Shown: piece after piece, positions 60,295-64,000 of the stretch
How the letters are laid out: every line of letters starts with the position of its first letter
Position numbering within the stretch: position 1 is the first letter of the stretch
Source of the DNA: Bacteroidaceae bacterium
Lineage (GTDB): Bacteria; Bacteroidota; Bacteroidia; Bacteroidales; Bacteroidaceae
DNA: 64,000 nt
Reading direction: 5' to 3'
Assembly: GCA_036655555.1 (NCBI GenBank)
Contig: JAVVPX010000001.1
Coordinates: 2,513 to 66,512, forward strand
Position numbers and translations under genes: made by a program
The notes under the pieces: generated by a model
The model's database searches: none
What the model was told of the DNA's origin: nothing
The model's input: the letters and a program-made list of their open reading frames with translations, nothing else

Positions 60295-60726
60295 TTAAAA
60301 TGGTAAATCGTCAGCAGGATTACTTTGTGGAGCAACTGAAGCTGCGGGAGCAGAAGCCTGTTGAGGAGCATAAGTACCCGATTGTCCGTTAGACTTGGCA
60401 CTTAACATTTCCATATTATCAGCAAAAATCTCTGTCACATAACGTTTCACTCCATTAGGGTCATCGTAAGAACGAGTTCTTATCTTGCCTTCAATATATA
60501 GTTTATCTCCTTTATGAACATACTTTTCAGCTACTTCTGCCAAACCACGCCATAACACTATATTATGCCATTCTGTTCTTTCAGGAACTTGCGTACCATT
60601 CGCCAAAGTATAAGCTCTATCGGAAGTTGCTAACGTTAGATTAGCTACAGCCACGCCACTATCAAGGTATCTTACTTCAGGGTCTTTCCCTACATTTCCT
60701 ATTAATATTACTTTATTGACAGACAT
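60295..60726 (-). CDS. ssb: Single-stranded DNA-binding protein
   Basis: SVNKVILIGNVGKDPE, TEWH, C-terminal DDLPF. Confidence 0.97.
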   Translation of the reverse strand: MSVNKVILIGNVGKDPEVRYLDSGVAVANLTLATSDRAYTLANGTQVPERTEWHNIVLWRGLAEVAEKYVHKGDKLYIEGKIRTRSYDDPNGVKRYVTEIFADNMEMLSAKSNGQSGTYAPQQASAPAASVAPQSNPADDLPF

Positions 60727-60755
60727 CTTTTTTTATTAAATTGATTTACAACCGG

Positions 60756-60763
60756 CAAAAATA
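60756..60763 (-). promoter_or_regulatory. -7 promoter box (TATTTTTG) for ssb
   Basis: TAnnTTTG-C 30 nt upstream of the ATG. Confidence 0.5.
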
Positions 60764-60790
60764 AGTAGAATTCAATTAGTAAGCAAGTGT

Positions 60791-61840
60791 TTAGAGATAA
60801 TATTTTTCAAAGAAATTATGAACAAGCTTAGATACCGCATAATCTTCCATTTCTTCTTTCTTTATTTTAAGGTAAGAAGAAAAAGAATGGGAATTTTCGG
60901 GCAATATCACCTCATAGAAGTTAGCATAGATAATTCGATGAGATAACACGTGCTTCACATTGCGACTTACACAATGTATTTCGAAACTTTCGCCTTCCAT
61001 AAACATATTTTTCAAAGCCGGATTGGAATACAATTCTTCATCGCTTATCGCTATTTTTGTTTCTATTAAAGGCAATTCAAAAAGGTTCTTCCAAATATCA
61101 TTCTCCGTCCTTCTGTTTAAAAAGGTATATGCGCCCATGCGTACATATATATAGTAAAAATATCTATTAGTAACTTTCACGCTATGCCCCTTTACCGGAT
61201 ATAAATTGACAGCTCCTTTTTGTAAAGCAACGCAACTATCAGATAAAGGACAAGAAAGGCAATTCGGCGAAGCAGGCGTACATTGCAAAGCTCCAAAATC
61301 CATAATTGCTTGATTATAGATTGCAGGACGTTTTTCATCCAATAGCTCGGTTGCTAAAGCAGCGAAAAGTTTCTTTCCCTCCGACGAATCTATTGGCGTA
61401 TCTATACCCATCCAACGCGACAATACTCTATACACATTACCATCAACTACCGCATAAGGAAGATTGTAAGCAAACGAACAAATAGCCGCAGCCGTATATT
61501 CACCCACTCCTTTTAAAGAAAGAACTTCGGCATACGTTTTAGGAAATTCAGCCATCATGCTTATGCTCTTTGCCGCAGCATGAAGATTACGCGCACGTGA
61601 ATAATAACCCAAACCCTGCCAATATTTCAGCACTTCATCTTCCGTTGCTCTCGATAATGTTTCCACATTAGGGAAACGAGTAACAAAGCGTACAAAATAA
61701 TCATATCCTTGAGCAACTCGTGTTTGTTGTAATATTATTTCCGAAATCCATATTATATAAGGATCAGAAGATTCTCTCCATGGAAGCTCACGCTTATTCT
61801 CTTTGTACCAATTAATTAATACCTGTTTTAAATCATTCAA
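60791..61840 (-). CDS. mutY: A/G-specific adenine glycosylase
   Basis: TTG start. WISEIILQQT, WQGLGYYSRARNL, HhH LKGVGEYTA, VDGNV, 4Fe-4S C..C..C..C. Confidence 0.96.
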   Translation of the reverse strand: MNDLKQVLINWYKENKRELPWRESSDPYIIWISEIILQQTRVAQGYDYFVRFVTRFPNVETLSRATEDEVLKYWQGLGYYSRARNLHAAAKSISMMAEFPKTYAEVLSLKGVGEYTAAAICSFAYNLPYAVVDGNVYRVLSRWMGIDTPIDSSEGKKLFAALATELLDEKRPAIYNQAIMDFGALQCTPASPNCLSCPLSDSCVALQKGAVNLYPVKGHSVKVTNRYFYYIYVRMGAYTFLNRRTENDIWKNLFELPLIETKIAISDEELYSNPALKNMFMEGESFEIHCVSRNVKHVLSHRIIYANFYEVILPENSHSFSSYLKIKKEEMEDYAVSKLVHNFFEKYYL

Positions 61841-61968
61841 TGCTTACCATATTAAAAGTTCGGCTACAAAAATACGCTATTTATACAAAAGAAAGGCTAT
61901 AAAGGGGAGTCTACTTACTTTTTTATAAAAATGTTTAGGATATATTTTTTTGAGAACTGAAAAAGCTA

Positions 61969-61976
61969 TATATTTG
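61969..61976 (+). promoter_or_regulatory. -7 promoter box (TATATTTG) for the HU gene
   Basis: TAnnTTTG-C with an upstream TTTG at 61949-61952. A divergent box TATTTTTG for mutY lies at 61867-61874 (minus strand). Confidence 0.6.
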
Positions 61977-62023
61977 CATTCCAAAAAATTAAGAACAAAG
62001 TATAATTATTATTTTAAGCAAAA

Positions 62024-62299
62024 ATGACAAAAGCTGATATTGTAAACGAAATTGCAAAGAAAACTGGAGCAGAAAAGCTTGAGGTGCTTAAGACCGTTGA
62101 AGCATGCATGGAGGTTATTAAAGAATCTCTTTCAAAAGAAGAAAATGTATATCTCCGTGGATTCGGCAGTTTCGTAGTTAAGAAAAGAGCTCAAAAGACT
62201 GCTCGTAACATCTCAAAGAACACGACTATCATTATCCCTGAGCACAACATCCCTGCATTTAAACCTGCAAAAACATTCACTATTGCTGTGAAGAAATAG
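62024..62299 (+). CDS. HU/IHF family DNA-binding protein
   Basis: MTKADIV, VYLRGFGSF, ARNI, PAFKP. Confidence 0.95.
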   Translation: MTKADIVNEIAKKTGAEKLEVLKTVEACMEVIKESLSKEENVYLRGFGSFVVKKRAQKTARNISKNTTIIIPEHNIPAFKPAKTFTIAVKK

Positions 62300-62344
62300 T
62301 AAACGATAAAAAACAAGAGTATTAATCCATAAAATTTTGAAGCT

Positions 62345-62437
62345 ATGCCAAGCGGAAAGAAGAAAAAAGGACACAAGATGTCCACACATAAGCGTAAAAA
62401 AAGACTTAGAAAAAACAGACATAAGAGTAAAAAATAA
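62345..62437 (+). CDS. 30-aa basic protein, AURKAIP1/COX24 family, probable ribosomal protein bS22
   Basis: ATG..TAA reading MPSGKKKKGHKMSTHKRKKRLRKNRHKSKK; below the ORF-track cutoff; followed by a terminator. Confidence 0.85.
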   Translation: MPSGKKKKGHKMSTHKRKKRLRKNRHKSKK

Positions 62438-62459
62438 ATTTTAGTCTGAATGACAAAAT

Positions 62460-62507
62460 AAAGAACAAACTTGTGAAGCTATTGTCTTTCGAGTTTGTTC
62501 TTTGTTT
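62460..62507 (+). terminator. Intrinsic terminator after HU and the bS22-like ORF
   Basis: AAAGAACAAACT...AGTTTGTTCTTT stem plus T tail. Confidence 0.75.
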
Positions 62508-62580
62508 AATTGGGAATCCGATAAACAATAGACCTCGTTCTATGTTCATCTTTTAGTTAAATAAAAAAAAAGGAAATACC

Positions 62581-64000
62581 GTGACAAGCGAACTAGTAGT
62601 AGACGTACAGCCCAAAGAAATATCCATTGCGCTTCTTGAAGACAAGAACTTGGTGGAGCTTCAAAAAGAAGGAAGAAATATTTCTTTCTCCGTGGGCAAT
62701 ATGTATTTAGGCCGCGTTAAGAAATTAATGCCCGGACTAAATGCTTGCTTCGTGGATGTTGGTTACGAAAAAGATGCTTTCCTTCATTACTTAGACTTAG
62801 GACCTCAATTTAACTCTCTTGAAAAGTATCTCAAACAAACTTTAAGCGATAGAAAAAAACTAAATCCTATCTCAAAAGCAACACTACTACCCGATATAGA
62901 AAAAGACGGAACTGTCTCTAGTACATTAAAAGTCGGTCAAGAAGTTGTTGTACAAGTCGTAAAGGAACCAATTTCTACAAAGGGACCAAGATTAACGTGC
63001 GAATTATCTTTCGCAGGAAGATATTTGGTATTAATCCCTTTCAATGATAAGGTTTCTGTTTCGCAAAAAATAAAATCAAGCGAAGAACGTGCCCGATTAA
63101 AACAGTTACTACAAAGCATCAAGCCAAAGAATTTTGGTGTAATCGTGCGTACTGTTGCCGAAGGAAAACGTGTAGCAGAACTTGATTCTGAACTTAAAGT
63201 ATTGTTAAGACATTGGGAAGAAAGCATTACTAAAGTACAAAAGGCAACTAAATTCCCCACCATGGTATATGAGGAAACTTGCCGTACAGTAGCCCTGCTT
63301 CGAGACCTCTTCAATCCTTCGTTTGAAAATATCTATATCAACAACGAAGTTGTTTTTGAAGAAATTAAAGATTACGTCACTTTGATAGCACCTGAGCGTG
63401 CAGATATCGTAAAACTTTATAAGGGCGAACTTCCCATTTACGACAATTTTGGTATCACCAAGCAAATCAAATCATCCTTTGGGAAAACTATTTCCTATAA
63501 GAGTGGAGCTTACTTAATTATTGAGCACACCGAGGCACTTCACGTAGTAGACGTGAACAGCGGAAACCGTGCAAAAGGAGCTAATGGGCAAGAAGGAAAT
63601 GCGTTAGACGTAAACTTAGGCGCAGCAGATGAGTTGGCGCGCCAACTACGTTTAAGAGATATGGGCGGTATCATTGTTGTTGATTTTATAGATTTGAACG
63701 AAGCTGAGAATAGACAAAAACTATACGAACGTATGTGCTCTAATATGCAATTAGACAGAGCAAAGCACAATATTCTACCACTCAGTAAATTTGGTTTAAT
63801 GCAAATAACGCGACAAAGAGTACGTCCGGCTATGGACGTTACCACTAGCGAAAATTGCCCTACCTGCTTCGGCAAAGGAATTATCAAACCATCCATTCTA
63901 TTCACAGATACTTTAGAGAGCAAAATTGATTATCTAGTTAATAAGTTGAAGATTAAGAAATTCTCGCTACACATCCACCCATATATCGCAGCCTTCGTTA
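62581..64000 (+). CDS. Rne/Rng family ribonuclease (RNase E/G), runs off the window end
   Basis: GTG start (VTSELVVDV). GNMYLGRVKKLMPGLNACFVDVG, KEPISTKGPRL, VVDVNSG, LRDMGGIIVVDFID, SKFGLMQITRQR, CPTCFG. Absent from the ORF track because there is no stop in the window. Confidence 0.95.
   Translation, partial: MTSELVVDVQPKEISIALLEDKNLVELQKEGRNISFSVGNMYLGRVKKLMPGLNACFVDVGYEKDAFLHYLDLGPQFNSLEKYLKQTLSDRKKLNPISKATLLPDIEKDGTVSSTLKVGQEVVVQVVKEPISTKGPRLTCELSFAGRYLVLIPFNDKVSVSQKIKSSEERARLKQLLQSIKPKNFGVIVRTVAEGKRVAELDSELKVLLRHWEESITKVQKATKFPTMVYEETCRTVALLRDLFNPSFENIYINNEVVFEEIKDYVTLIAPERADIVKLYKGELPIYDNFGITKQIKSSFGKTISYKSGAYLIIEHTEALHVVDVNSGNRAKGANGQEGNALDVNLGAADELARQLRLRDMGGIIVVDFIDLNEAENRQKLYERMCSNMQLDRAKHNILPLSKFGLMQITRQRVRPAMDVTTSENCPTCFGKGIIKPSILFTDTLESKIDYLVNKLKIKKFSLHIHPYIAAFV

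Noticed and set aside
62937-63923. Minus-strand ORFs of 86-127 aa at the window end
   Set aside because: They are antisense shadows of the rne/rng gene, which the track missed because it lacks a stop in the window.

Overview
AT-rich core chromosome of a Bacteroides-like organism (Bacteroidales). Evidence is gene content plus repeated TAnnTTTG -7 promoter boxes. No rRNA, tRNA, CRISPR array, transposase or prophage was recognised. In order, the window holds: a HAD hydrolase tail, an MFS sugar permease, a PL8 chondroitin ABC lyase, an isolated wza-wzc pair, YeiH, a frameshifted conserved hypothetical gene, an envelope-biogenesis cluster (secA, phosphatase-like protein, DUF4105/Lnb | coaX, beta-barrel, TPR, lptC, CorC/HlyC, PpiD-like), pflB-pflA-EamA, an RND efflux triad, recJ, recQ, an AbgT transporter with a response regulator and a 1488-aa double-module sensor kinase, a V/A-type ATPase operon, a carboxyltransferase, a WecB-like protein, TRIC, htpX-lemA, an ECF sigma factor, PPTase-gldD-gldE, ssb, mutY, HU, a 30-aa bS22-like ORF missed by the ORF track, and a partial rne/rng. 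Most notable observations: (1) the sensor kinase has two tandem modules with complementary degeneracy (ATP-binding boxes without the His in one, the His without intact ATP boxes in the other); (2) a dispersed intergenic 21-bp-period A/B repeat occurs at three loci; (3) matching Crp-family (Cur/BT4338-type) palindromes lie upstream of two pyruvate-node genes; (4) several enzymes have lost canonical catalytic motifs. All family calls come from motif recognition and recall, not database searches.
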